A DNA stretch of 64,000 nucleotides from Adineta vaga (Eukaryota; Animalia; Rotifera), in the NCBI GenBank assembly GCA_021613535.1, contig CP075494.1, forward strand, positions 8,060,001 to 8,124,000, in the 5' to 3' direction. The translations under genes and the position numbers were made by a program. This document shows, piece by piece, positions 29,001 to 42,357 of the stretch (position 1 is the first letter of the stretch; the number at the start of each line of letters is the position of its first letter). The notes beneath the pieces are model-generated. The model saw only the letters and a list, made by a program, of their open reading frames with translations. It was not told where the DNA came from and searched no databases.

Positions 29001-30615
29001 ATTGTGAATGATGTAAATATCGGTAAATACGTCCTTTACTTCCTAAATCAAAACCCGACTCAAGTAATATTTCTGTTTTCCAACGTAATGCTCGATCTAA
29101 ATAAATGAGTAATGAAAAAAAACTCAGACAACGAATTCAATTCAACATACAATCATGTGGAAATAAATCCAATTTGCCATCTTCATCTCTAATATCAACA
29201 AGTGCAAACATAAGATTTCCACCAAATTGTTCTTCACGTAAAACACGATTTGTTTTCACCAATTTTAATGGTTTAACACAGATTGTTGTTGGTGTTAGTG
29301 TTACAGATGGTACATAAGCGTAATGACGTGGTGGCGTATGAATACTCCAACGTTGTTCTTGTGCTTGTTCGTTTCCATTCTTCTTGTCTCGATAATATAC
29401 GTTACTCGTTCGAGATGATAATGCAGCTGTATCAGCAATCTTCTTTTGATAACGATCTAATTCAGCACGTAGATTAATAAAATAATATTCACTTGAACGA
29501 CGCCAAAGATGAAGAGATGTCTACAAGAAGAAAGAAAATTACAATCGATAAGATTTTTATTTTCATTTTACTTGATAAAAATCATCATCATTCTCAATAA
29601 GACTCATACGTTGAATAAATTCATTAGTTATTCTTTGTTGAAAACGATAACCAATTGAAAATAACATTTGCCAACAATATTGTTTAATAAATGAAATTGT
29701 CTTATTCTCCATAAATGATAAAATCATCAACGAATAACTTTTCGTCGATGGTATACTTTCAATAATACCAAAGCAATCATTGATATGATTTCGTTGAAAA
29801 AATTCAACAAATTTCTGTCGACAATCGTGTAAACATTGTTTTTGTTCTTCAAGATTTTCTTTCTTTTGCTCAATTACATTTGAAAGTGAAATAACAAGAC
29901 GAATCGTTGAATAAAACGGTTGAGTCTCTCGAGCAGCTGTACGTCTATATGAACTTGTTGAAGAATTTTGATCATGTTTATCATCATCATTGTTTAGATA
30001 TTGATAATCAACGGAATTTCCTGTCATATTCATAAATAATGTTAAACTATTCGATTGTTCCATAATAACAGCACATCTATCCATTAATTCGGCTTTGAAT
30101 GTTTTCCGCAATTTATTTTCTTTACAACCATAATCAAGATCAATCCTATCATGATAGAAGACTAAACGCCAACCGTCTTGAATTACTGTTTCAGGATCAT
30201 AAACATATTGATTTAATTGAATAAGTGCACCTGATGTATATTGAATTTGATAAGTATTATTAGTATAAAATTTCTCTAATTTAAGATTCTTCCTGATAAC
30301 CTCGCATGGTATGGATGATGGAGAGTGTTGTTGACATTGTTTATGTGATATCCAATAAGGTGGCAATTGAGACGCAGAATTTTGTAATGACTTGGATTTC
30401 ATAATCACATTATTGATTGTTATTTCGTCATCTGTTGAGTAAAATGGAATTGTATAAGAACGTAAACCAGCAAAATGCCAATAATGATGATCATAATTAG
30501 TAAGAGGTCGACATGAAAGAAGATTACAATATGATTTGAAATTAAATGACGATGCAGTTAAATCCGTAATTATACTCAATTGGGATGAAAGTGTAGAAGC
30601 GACTTCGGTAGCCAT
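26031..30615 (-). CDS. Cellular RNA-dependent RNA polymerase (RDR/EGO-1/RRF family), multi-exon
   Basis: YLHHSQSQLKD, ARIAQCFTS, YNFTDGVG, FSAIQIRYAGCKGV, YLNRQII and VTKNPCHHPGDIR motifs, plus catalytic HPNEISGSDLDGDEY (DxDGD). Confidence 0.95.
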
Positions 30616-32020
30616 CTAGAAAAGAAACAATGAATTAAATTACCTTGTACTACAATTCCTGTAAGGAAATGTGTCTCATCACTATGGAGAAAATAAAAGA
30701 ACTGTATTGCTACGCTATGATTCATCTAAGGAAGTGGGCACATGTTGGAAAAAGGTAAAGAGGTGACACTTGTCGCTGATATGGTTTCAGCAATAAAAAA
30801 ATGAAGAGATAACTATAGAAGAATTGTTTGTCTTGAAGAAATTAAACATCGCAAAACTCTATATCTAATAATCCTCGAACATTTTTCACCTAGATATATT
30901 TGAGAATGAAAGCGACAGAGTGAGAAAGTGTGAGTGAAAAGAAAAAAAAAACATTTTAAGAATGTCTCGCTCTGTTTTCTTTGCCTATTTATCTTTGTTA
31001 AAATCTCGAAGGACAAACATGATTTATATTCTCGTAATGCTGTTGTGTTATCTAAATGGTTAATGTTGACTGGTGTAATGTATATATTGATCTAATGAGG
31101 TTAAATATTGAACGTGTTTATGTGCATATGACATCAACTGAAATAGAAATGAATGAATGAATGATTTAAATGACACCAACGGAATAATATAACTACAGAC
31201 AGAGAATTTGTTTTTCTTTCGAAAAAATAGAGAAGAAACAAAACTGAAATTTTAAACTTCAAGCAAAACTGACTAGAAGTGACCCTTTTTCTCAGTTTTA
31301 TAAAATCTCGTAAAACAAATGAATCATATTTTACGAAGATATATCATACGCAAAAATAAATAAAGATAACAAATCAGTAACTACGCGCCTAGCTTCTGCC
31401 CTACTACTGACGTTTTTCAAGACAAAAAGAGAAAAAAGAAAGAAAGATCGATTCAATGTGTCAGTAAAATTCGATTGTAATCTGTATAAGCAATACGAAA
31501 ACGAACGAACTTTGTCTGACTCATTTCTATATAACAGAACTATCGAAGAGAGAGAGAGAGAGACCGACCGACCGAACGAACGAAAAGAAATATATGAAAA
31601 GAACGGCATGATATCATTGTGACTAGAACTTTGACTAAGAAGACCAGCACTGATAAAAAAAAACAAACGGTGTTATATTTATCGAAAGGTAGATTGTTAA
31701 ATTTTTCGGCATACAGGTAGATTTCGGAGATTGTTACGAACAAAGAAAACATAGAAAAAGAAAGAAAAGGTGAAGTATGTCGTAGGTTGTCAAGTGAGCA
31801 TAGAAGCAGCAAAATACCAGATCGGACAGATTACATTTCGAGAGGGCGACACATGTCATTTTTCGATTGAAAATCGCACAAAAGAAATCGAAACTGTTGA
31901 TTTATGCAAGAAAAAAAACATATTCATTCTGTGGTTCGTGTCCGAATTCTATTCGAGAATAAAATTTATTATTCATATATCATCGGAAAATAATTTCATG
32001 TAATAAACTATGATTCATAC

Positions 32021-32466
32021 TCAAGAACCATTTGTTGGCAAGTGAATTTGTCGTACATGTTGATCATCGATAAAATATCCACTTCCATGGCGAGGTAGTT
32101 CTTCGTTAATAATTGCTCTCAATTGTCCTAAAAGCGCACTGACATGTGCTTCATGTCGTAGGAAGGTCACCTTTTGTCCATAAAGATCATCAATTGTATG
32201 CAATGCTCTTATTCGCCAACTATCAAGTGCATCTTGATCATGTATTTGATAATGTTCAGCAGCAAGACATGAGAGTGATGCTGCACCTGCTGATAATGGA
32301 TATGACGGTGCTGAAGTCGCTCTTATTCCAACAGGATCAACTATACGATAACAAGTAACGATGGTTCTCGCTAAAAATCAGGTTGACCAAAGATGATCGC
32401 TGTTTAAACATAAGAAAAACAAAGAAAAACCTGTTTTTTCGACAATTGTAATGATTTGTTACCCAT
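32021..32466 (-). CDS. Hypothetical protein of about 118 aa; 5' end uncertain
   Basis: Open frame 32021-32370 (ARTIVTCYRIVDPVG...HLPTNGS*) follows a TTTTAG acceptor. It can be joined to ATG-G|GTAAC at 32466. Confidence 0.45.
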
Positions 32467-32766
32467 AATAAATTAAGGGCGAATAGAACAGAGATGAATT
32501 ACAAAATATAAAAGGAGAATATATAAACGAATGAATCAATGTAGGACATAAATTTGATAAGAAAAATATTTGGAATAGCAATCAAACAAATATATATATA
32601 TGGAACCAATGAAATAACATGACATCTTTTGATATTTTAAAGATAATATTATTTGCACTCAATTGATGATAGTAATGACGTGTTAATTGTAATGTTTCTT
32701 AACACTCTTTTTATTTATTTGAAAAAAAAAATTATATACAAAATTATCGTAGAGTAAGAGTTTAAT

Positions 32767-33769
32767 CTATGATTCATTTGCTGCTACTGGTGTAATTGTC
32801 GATAGATTATTCAATTTTATATCGGAATTTTTTTTTCTTTGTTCTTGTCGACGTCGTGAAAATAATAACATTGAAATAAATGTTAATATTGAATACGATT
32901 GTACAATAACTGTATTAACAATATTCATAATTGATTTTAATTCAGGAGAATAATTCGATGGATCAATAATAATACTTAAATTATAAAATGATACAGGACA
33001 ATAATATAAACATGACCAAATTACATAGATACTCATCTGTCCAACAATCCGTTGTAGAACAGACCATTCTGGTCTTTTATTAAAATTTGATCGTTGTTGA
33101 TACAAACGAAAAAGTAACAAAATTGTCGAAATAATCATAATAAATTGTGGTAAGAAAAAACTTATTGTTAACCATGGAACCATATATTTCAAATCAGTTG
33201 TATGACAAGCAAAACATGGTGTATAAACACATGTTGGTATTAATGTAAATAGCATAGCAACAATATATGAATACATTAAAATACAGCTTACGGGAAGTAA
33301 TTGACGTGTCCATGTTAATAAACCATTTTTACGAAAGATAAAAATATGTCGTTCAACACTGGCATATGCTAATGATGTAACCATACCGATATTAATCGTC
33401 AAATAATGAACAGTCGATGTTTGACAAAGAGAAATTGAATTTTCAAAAAAATTTAAATAATAACCTATAAGATGTATTGGTACATTGATACATGATGAAA
33501 GTAAACAATAGATTAGAATAAAATAAAACTGAAATAGAACGGAAATTTAAATTAAATGAATTTTAAATTATAATTTTACTTACTATATATGTATAATGAG
33601 TACGTAGATCAGGTTCTCTTAAATATCTGATTATACATAGAATAGTAAAAATTGTTCCAATCACAATACCGAGAGATGTAATAATGACAAGAGATGGTCC
33701 TAAGGCAATTAATGGACCGATGGTTAGATTTGCAGTGCGATTTTGTGCTCCTAAGACAAATGGATACAT
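32767..33769 (-). CDS. Orphan rhodopsin-like (class A) GPCR, 2 exons
   Basis: Seven hydrophobic segments with LAYASVERH (DRY-equivalent), FFLPQFIM (TM5) and CLYYCP (TM6). Confidence 0.8.
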
Positions 33770-33979
33770 TCGTACTCAATCACACGAGTGCATGAGTTTT
33801 GAAGAAGAAAGACATACATGTTGAAATGAAAAAGTTATGTATTATGTATTAAATGTGTTTACTGTCACTTTTGATATAGAACAAGACTTTTACTTCGATC
33901 GATACCAGACATGATTGCAGTTCAAAAGAATATGGAATTTTATTGAAGTAGTCAAAATATAGAAAAAAAAATGACCAGA

Positions 33980-34995
33980 TTATTTTTTATTTTCATCGAT
34001 TGCTGCTGATTGTTGTTTATAAGCATTCCATGATTTATAATATGTTTCAATTTCTTGAATGTAACCAACATGTTTCGGTCGCCATCCTAAATGTTCTATT
34101 GCTTTAACTGGATTTATAATTGAATCTGTATCCCAACGAACAGGTACTTTATCGTCAGCTGTTTTTTCTTTATATTCAATTGTTTGTCCACTTGCACGTG
34201 CCATATTTATTCGAATTTCTTCATACGTTGGATTATCATTTGGTGCAGCTAAATTCCATATTTCTCCAGCTACAATTGGACGTGATGCACGAGCAATACG
34301 AACATAACCATCAGCTAAATCATCGATATGTACCCAACTCCAACGTTTATCACGTCGTCCATCGATAATGGCCGGTTTTTGCGAGTAAAATAAATCAGCA
34401 ACAAAACCACCATGACCACCATAAACAAATCCAGGTCGAATAACAGTTGTATGAAGACAATTGGATGATGTAGTAAGAACATGATTTTCATATTCTTCTC
34501 GACATTTCATCTCACTTGTGTGAGGATTTGGTTTAATCATTTCATCCATTGGACGTAAACCATACATTGTTGTATCACCATCTAGAATAGAGACAAAAAT
34601 TTTCAAAAATATATTCTATACGAATAAAACGTATTAGACTTACATGTCATAATACCCGATGTAAATATGAAAAGGGGTGCATAGTGTGATAATTTCCCAT
34701 TTTCTGTTCGTTGTTTTCCTGCTGTTATTGCTGCTTGAAGTAATGTTTCAGATAATGATTTTGTAAAACCCACTGCATCAACAATAACTGAACATTTGAT
34801 TAGTTGATTAGCAAATGAATCTACTTTATCAAAGGATTCAACAACAATCGGTTCTATTTCATTTTCAAGCAAAAATATCGAATGATCACTATTACGAATC
34901 ACACCATAGACATGAAAGCCAGAACGACGAAGAGCTAAAGCAATACCTAAACCAATATAACCATTCGCACCGAAAACCAAAACATTGGAAGACAT
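33980..34995 (-). CDS. NAD(P)-dependent epimerase/dehydratase (extended/atypical SDR), 2 exons
   Basis: VLVFGANGYIG, FIFTSGIMT|YGD, VIRPGFVYG, WSWVHIDDLADGY and LGWRPKH motifs. Confidence 0.88.
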
Positions 34996-35443
34996 ATTTG
35001 GTCAAATACGATTTTTTTTCAATCTGCTGGTGTAGTTTACCTTTATAACCTATATAAAGCTATGAAACGAAATAAAACAGAACACGAACCGTCATTCTGG
35101 TAGTTTATCGTGTCATGCTGACGAAAGAAAGTGAATAATAACATTATCTTTTCATATCTTTTTCTAAAGAGCATATAGAATAAAGCAGACAGTATAATGT
35201 ATTGTAGAAATTTTAATTAAGGTCAGAATTTTCCTCTTCAAATAAATACATATACTCATAGAGTGAAAGATTTCGGTAGAGTAAGTATGTGTGAATATTC
35301 TTTTATTGTCAATTTATCAAATTGGTTTAAATAAGATCAGATCGAACATATTTCTGTATATCAAATAAAACGAACTAGGGCGATGCACAAAAAAAAGGAA
35401 TTTATCAGATTCTAATATAGAACTAAATTGATTTATGAAGAAA

Positions 35444-36583
35444 TTATTTTCCACCAGTTGTTCCCATGCCCAAAGCTGTCTTAAAGGTATCGTATATCCA
35501 CCATTGGAGACCAGTCAATGTACCAATCATCAGAATACGTGTACCAAGACCCTATGAAATGACAAATATATAGAACTAGGTAATTATTAATGGAAAATAA
35601 ACAAACCTTTGTGGCAAGTTTAGTAAAGCCAGTTTCATTGATAATTTGTCCTAAACTTTTACCTTTATTAGCTGGTTTACCAAGAAGAGAAACAAGTGAA
35701 TCAGCAGGATGCGAAACAATAGCACAGATGACACCGGCTGTATAACCTGACGAAAATGTCACGCCTAGTTGTGTAGTTTTCGAATAGGTTTCTTTTGGTT
35801 TTGTAAATACATAGGTATAAAATAATTGTACAACCTTTAAATATTAATATTTCGTGTATGTTTGTATAAGTATGGAACAAACCTTTTCGAAAAAGAAGAA
35901 TTTTGCTACGGTATATGGCACTTGTCGAGACCATAATGGTATGAGTGATCGATATGGAAAGCCAGTTTCTGCTCGCTGAGCACTCATTTGTGACCATGCT
36001 GAACCGAATTGTATTGGAAATGTACCTTTTGGTGAAGTTTGAACTTTTACTTTGACCATTTCTAATGGACATAATGCAACATCAGCAAAAACTTCAGCTG
36101 ATGCTGACGCTGCACACCAAACAAGACCTTTGTATTTTTCGAAATTTTCTTTGCCAAGCATATTAGCATATTGATCTTTAAAAACTTCATAAAGACCATA
36201 TTTGAATGCTCCTTGTGCTGAATAACCAAACAATGTTGGTGCCCAACCTTTCCATATAGCTCCACTTCCTTCTTCAGCAATAATTAATCGAAGACCTTTT
36301 ACTAAACCTTTATATTTTTCAGGATTTACCTGTATAATGCAACAGAAATTTATCATGACCAATTCATTTTTATATAAACACTAACTTGCATATTACATTT
36401 CGTTACATCAAGTGGACAAATAGCTGCATGGGTAAGACCACATGCAAGAATACCACCAAGAACACATTTCGAATAATAGGATGCATCATGTGGAACATGT
36501 CCAGCATATCGAGAATCCCATTTAGTTACCAAAGGTTGGGATGATGGCGATGATGTTGGTAATTGATTTAAGGGTGCGACCAT
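35444..36583 (-). CDS. Mitochondrial phosphate carrier (SLC25A3/MIR1/PIC2 family), 4 exons
   Basis: Three carrier signatures (PLDVTK, PLEMVK, PADSLV), plus [27 protein letters not shown] and [17 protein letters not shown]. Confidence 0.93.
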
Positions 36584-37467
36584 ACTCGACGAACGAAAAA
36601 CAAAAAAAAAAGGTTTGCAAATGAAAATTTTCTGTTCTTAATCTCTACGTTGATGTTTATTTATTTTAAATAGGTACGAAAAAAAATCAAGTTTACACAC
36701 ACAAAAATAACCATTGATGTGTCGTATTCAACCTTTGCTGAGAATAATATCTATAAAACATTCTTTTCAGTTATCGCATCAATTCTTGAAAAGTTCAATT
36801 TTTTGCGTAAGTTTCTCGAGATTCTTTTTAATTTTTGACGATTGATTTTTAGCGTCCTCTTACGTCTGTTCGAAAAAGATCGAGATTGACAATTTAAGTT
36901 TTAATCTCTAAGTCGAAAAAGATTATTCGATACCTAGAATGACATTGGTGAACTAGCAGCGTGGAAGTAACAAATCCACATCATTTCAGAACAGCAGATA
37001 CTTTCTTTATCAGTTGCTATAAGACGTACTATGTTGAAAATAATTCCATGTGTTTTTACTATAAGAATGAAATGTATTGAAAATAATCTATTTCGTGAGA
37101 ACTCATCATTTAAGTATTCAATTTATGTTCAACATCAGACATATCAATTCGAGATATACTGACGAATAGATTTATTTTAGTCTTCGTTTCATAAGACAAT
37201 TAGTGAACATAAATAAGAATTATATTATCAATATTTAGTCGTTTAATACATGGAAAAATTTAGCAAATGATCTCTCCTACTGTGTATCATCTTCGACGAT
37301 TTCATTTTCTTATATTCTTCGTTTGATGGAATGGAATGCACTCTATCTATAACTACTGTCATCTATAGATAGAATATTATTGCTTAAAAAACTTCATCCA
37401 ATGAATGATATGAAAGAATTAGACATTGACTTGACTTATCGTATTCCATTCCTTTGAATCCTTCAAA

Positions 37468-39063
37468 ATGGCTTCGAATTCAACAGATCCATCTAAAAAA
37501 GGTTAATTAAATACTACTATTTCAGTTTTAATGATTTAATAGACGAAATTATTCTTTAGAAGATGATGAATATCAAGCAGGATATGAAGATGAAGAAGAC
37601 GATGAAAGAACTATTGAAGAAGAAGAACAATTAGATGATGATGATGATGATGAATTAGATGATTTAGAGGCGGTACTAATCTTTTTTATTTACTAGTCAA
37701 ATAGTTTTCTTTTATTCATTTTCTTAGGATGCAAATATGCCTTTAGATGAATTACTCAAATTATATGGACAAAATGCACCAAATAATTATAATATACCAC
37801 TTAGAGATGACGATGAAGAATCAACTAGTTCTTTAGAAGAGAAACATAAAACTGATCGACGACCACAATATCACCATTTACTTCATGTTACTGGTCAATT
37901 ATTACCAGACGATGGTGAAGATGACGATAGCGATGATTCATTTGAACCAGAGATTATTAAAGTTTGTTTATTTCTTTTGACATATCGTGAAATAAATTCA
38001 TTTCGATTTTCTTCAGTCAATCAATGTCGGTGAAGAATATCAAGCTGAAGTAGAATCCCAAATTCAGTTTGATTTAGCTACAGAACAATCTGACGATAGT
38101 GAAGGTATTACTAAAAGATTTAATTGCAATATTTAATTTAGATTAATAATTTTTAGTACCTGTTGATGAACTTCTTTGGTCACCATCTTCATTGAATGAT
38201 AATAAGGATGAAGATATTGATGAATATTTGAAAACAATTCGCCATGACTGTAAGTAAATTGTAACAATTTTTGTTTTTCTTAGATATTCTTTTTTGTTTG
38301 AAGATCCATCTTCGGATGATGAGATATCACTGCAAACCTTACTCAAATGTCAAATGAATACAGAAGTAGCACTTGTTAAATTTCGTCAATTACCTGTGAA
38401 GTCTATCTGTAAGTTTTTGTTTTCTCGATAACGATTTTGAAATGATCAATTAGATTCTTATCCGGAATGGTCGTCCGATGAAATTCAATCGTTTGAAGAA
38501 GGTTTACGTGAATATGGAAAGAATTTCTTTAAAGTATCTGTATTAAAAGTAATATTTACGATTTGTTTCTTGATGGAAAAAGGAAAAAATATCTATATAA
38601 TTTTTCCAGTGTCCAAATCGGAATGTTCGTGAAGTTATTCATTATTATTATCAATGGAAAAAAAGTGAACGATTTCAAATATTCATGGAAGAACAACAAC
38701 GTCTCAATGCAATCACATCTGTCACGTAAGCTGCTTCATATTCACATTCAATATATCTATCGTGAAATTTCTTTTTCATTTAGCGATATGATCGAAAAAC
38801 TAATTGAAGAACAAGAACAACAATTATGTACAGCTGTTGGTGTGATTAATCCAAGCAATTCTTCTTCAGTACTAACGAATGATCTTAAACATAATTCTCC
38901 TAATCCTTCGATCTCAATTGTAACTATATGTCAACAAGAAACGAGTACAACAACAACAACAACAACGAAACGATCATTTGATCAAGTGGATAATGATACT
39001 GATCCACCATCGAAAAAATCTTCACTCAATGCCAATAATTCTTCAACAGCAACTATCGTATAG
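37468..39063 (+). CDS. MIER1: MIER-family ELM2-SANT transcriptional corepressor, multi-exon
   Basis: Acidic N-terminus with DDERTIEEEE and MPLDELLKLYG, an ELM2 region (INVGEEYQA...ELLWSP) and a SANT domain (WSSDEIQSFEEGLREYGKNFF...YYYQWKKSER). Confidence 0.88.
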
Positions 39064-39278
39064 AGAGAAAACATACGGAAAGACAAAGAAAAACGTTAAT
39101 TCATTGTATTCTTTTGTTTATTTGTTTTCTGTCTTTGCTTATGAGTATTTAAATATATATATTAGTGTTTGTTGTTGTTTTTGTTGTTGTTGTTACTGTA
39201 TTATTCTTTCATGATCATTACTTATACATAAACAAAATTCTAAAATGTTTAGATTACGAATCGAAAAATTCTTTTCCA

Positions 39279-41366
39279 ATGGCTCTTTGGTCACCATCAC
39301 CACAACTAGCCACTCGGCGTGATATACAAATAACTAATTTTCTTACAAATCAAAAATTTACAGTAGGAAAACTGCTTTGTTGGTTGTTATTTTCTTCGCT
39401 CTATTCAAGAGTTGTTTATCTCTATTTAGGAATATACAATTGAAATTTGTTTGGATGACATACGATGGCACGTTGTAAAACGTTATAGTGAATTTGCTGA
39501 TTTTCATGAAGAATTAATTAAACAAATTCCACAAATTGATGCGAAAAGTTTACCACCAAAGAAATTATTAAATAAAAATTCAACAGATTTTATTCATCGA
39601 AGACGTTTAGCATTAGATCATTATTTGAAATATTTATTTCAATTTTTTACAAATAATTCCATCCAATTATCTGAATGTTTTGTCAAATTTTTGGATTTTC
39701 ATCTTTATGTAAATAGAAATGATATTTTGTATCAAAGATTCAATTCGTTTCTTCTAGGAAGTTCATGGTATTGTAAGAAAATTAGCAGAAGAATTATTTT
39801 TAAATGGTGAAAAAATCTTATCAGCACCGGGAAAGAAAGTTTTTTCGATTAGTCCACTACAAATGCATGCAATAACTCGACGTATTAAACTACCTGAACC
39901 ACCTTGTGGTAATTATATATTATTCTTTCTTACAATTCAATGATACTATGTTTCTGTCAAATTTTTCTTTCGATATTCTGTTGTTTTTAGACACCAATGA
40001 TCCTGTTAAAGATCTAAGTCATATTCTCGATTTTCTTTGTCATGTCAAGTATGTACAAGTATGTTGCCAAACCTTAGGCAATGAATGATTGATTAATAAA
40101 CAAAATATTTTGTTTGAATTTCAAAGATTATTGGTAGTCCTGATAATTTTGGTACAAGTACAATAAAAACACAATTTCTTGCATTTGATGTTGTATTCTT
40201 TAAATCAATTGAAGAACTTGAAGTATGATCAGATATATTCGATGACAAATTGATTATTATTCTTGAATTTGTCTACATAGCTTGATTGTGTGCAAACCAA
40301 TCAAATAACTGGTATAGATAATTTAAAGAAAACTGTTCGTCGTCTATCTATTCATCGTAGTTTAACATCTATTCGAGTATCGATAATATGAATCCTTTTT
40401 TTATTAATAATTTCTATTCTTGTTTAGGAAATTGCACTTAGTTCATTGACTGAAATTCCTCCTTCGTCAAATGAATGGTTAATTAGTACATGGAAATTAG
40501 TTACTTATCTTGATCTAAGTAAAAATTCTCTACATTCCTTAGATGAATCACTTGTAAGTATTGAAGAATAATGAAAATGTTTCAAATAATTTTGTTTTCA
40601 ATTTTTAGAAATTATTTTGTAAAACTGAAACATTAGATTTAAGTTATAATTTATTGGAAACAAATATTGATCATTTACAGCATTTACATTTTCTACAAAC
40701 TTTAAATTTATCTAATAATCGTTTAAACGATGTCTCAGATTTCAATGCACGTGTTGGAAATATTCGTTCGTTAGATTTATCATTCAATGAATTAATTACA
40801 ACAGATGGTTTATCACGTCTTTATTCTTTAATAACATTGAATTTAACATCAAATAAATTAGATTCGATAAAAATATTGAATCACTTGGAAGTTTACCATG
40901 TTTAGAAAATTTATGGTTGAAAAACAATCCATTAACACGTATTGTTGATTATCGAATACGTGTATTTGCTGTCTTTCATAATCGAGCAAAAGATGTAAAA
41001 TAAAACAAAGTTTTTTTTCTCGAAAAAAAAATCTTTTCATTGATTGATTTGTTTTAGGTTTGGTTAGATGGTCAAATGCCAGATCAACGTGAAATTGATC
41101 GAGCTGCAGTTATCAGTGCGATGAGTCGTGCGAAACAAAATGAAGCTGCACAAGCAACAATGCTTGTTCGCAAAGCTCTATCACCAACAAAACCCGTTAG
41201 TCTTCTATCAACATCACTTCTTCGACAAACATCAACTCTTAATATAAATACTATAGCCTCGTCTTGTCCAAGTAATCTATCAATTATTGAAAAACAACCA
41301 GATGTTGTTCTAGATATTACAACTAGTAATAATACATTACCAATAGAAGAAATAGATGCAAATTAA
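39279..41366 (+). CDS. NISCH: Nischarin-like PX domain + leucine-rich repeat protein, multi-exon
   Basis: PX domain (WHVVKRYSEFADFH, LPPKKLL, FLDFHLY|EVHGI), ISPLQMHAITRRIKLPEP, several LRRs and VWLDG. Confidence 0.88.
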
Positions 41367-42357
41367 TATACGATGATTTTGTTTTTGTTTTTGTCTCTTT
41401 AATATGTACTTCATGTATCGAATAAACCCTAATTTTCATGATAAAAAAAAGTATTTCACTCAGTATCAAGTTACTTAGCAATGAATACTGTCACATAGAT
41501 TGACGAAAATTTTAACTTCATAACTCATTATGATTTTGTTGAATAGTAATCTGCGCTATTTATTAGATCAATTTCTTTTTCTTTTTCTTTTAATCATTGA
41601 TTAGAATGTACGAGAAATGGAGGACAAATGCAAGGTGAATACAAGGAGAAAAAACGAGAAGATTGTATCATTTGTTTCAGATCGAAATATGTAATCATGC
41701 ATAACAAAAAAGCAAAACGAGACAGACGTATATGATCATCACATAAAGTTCATGTTCTTGAATATTTTCAAAGTAATCAATGCATTTAATGTATATGACC
41801 TTGTTATTTACGTTTTATATAAAATATGTATGAAATGAATGAAGAACTATTAGAATTTACTTATTCAATTCAATCAAATTAATACAAATGATAATCTTTA
41901 AATATCTGGAATGATCAGCTAAATCAATTGGTATTTTTTCTCGTTGTTAGAAATGTTTAATTGTAGTGAGCGACATCTATATTGATGAAATACAATGATG
42001 CATGCTTATTTAAAGATTGTTTTTCGAAATGAAATTAATCATTTTTGTTGAGAAGAAATATTTTTATACGACTATTTTTCCAATCAAAATTTCGATGGCC
42101 TTTGTTTATATTATTATTTTGATGGTATGTATGGGAGTCTAGGTAAAATATAAATGGCGATGAGAGGATAAACTGTGGAATGAAATTTTTTCCTAATTAG
42201 AAATGAAGAAGAAAATGTGATGATTAGTAAATTTGGTTGATTCCGACTTGTTCTATTGTTTTTTCTTTGACTTTTTTTCTTTTATCAATATTTTTATTTC
42301 AGATAGAAAATATTTCCATCTTCGTGCCTTTTCTGTTCCCTCTCTTAATATAGAAGA

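Noticed and set aside
26031-30615. RdRP as an endogenous viral element
   Set aside because: It has the DxDGD double-psi-barrel cellular type with many introns, not a viral GDD palm polymerase.
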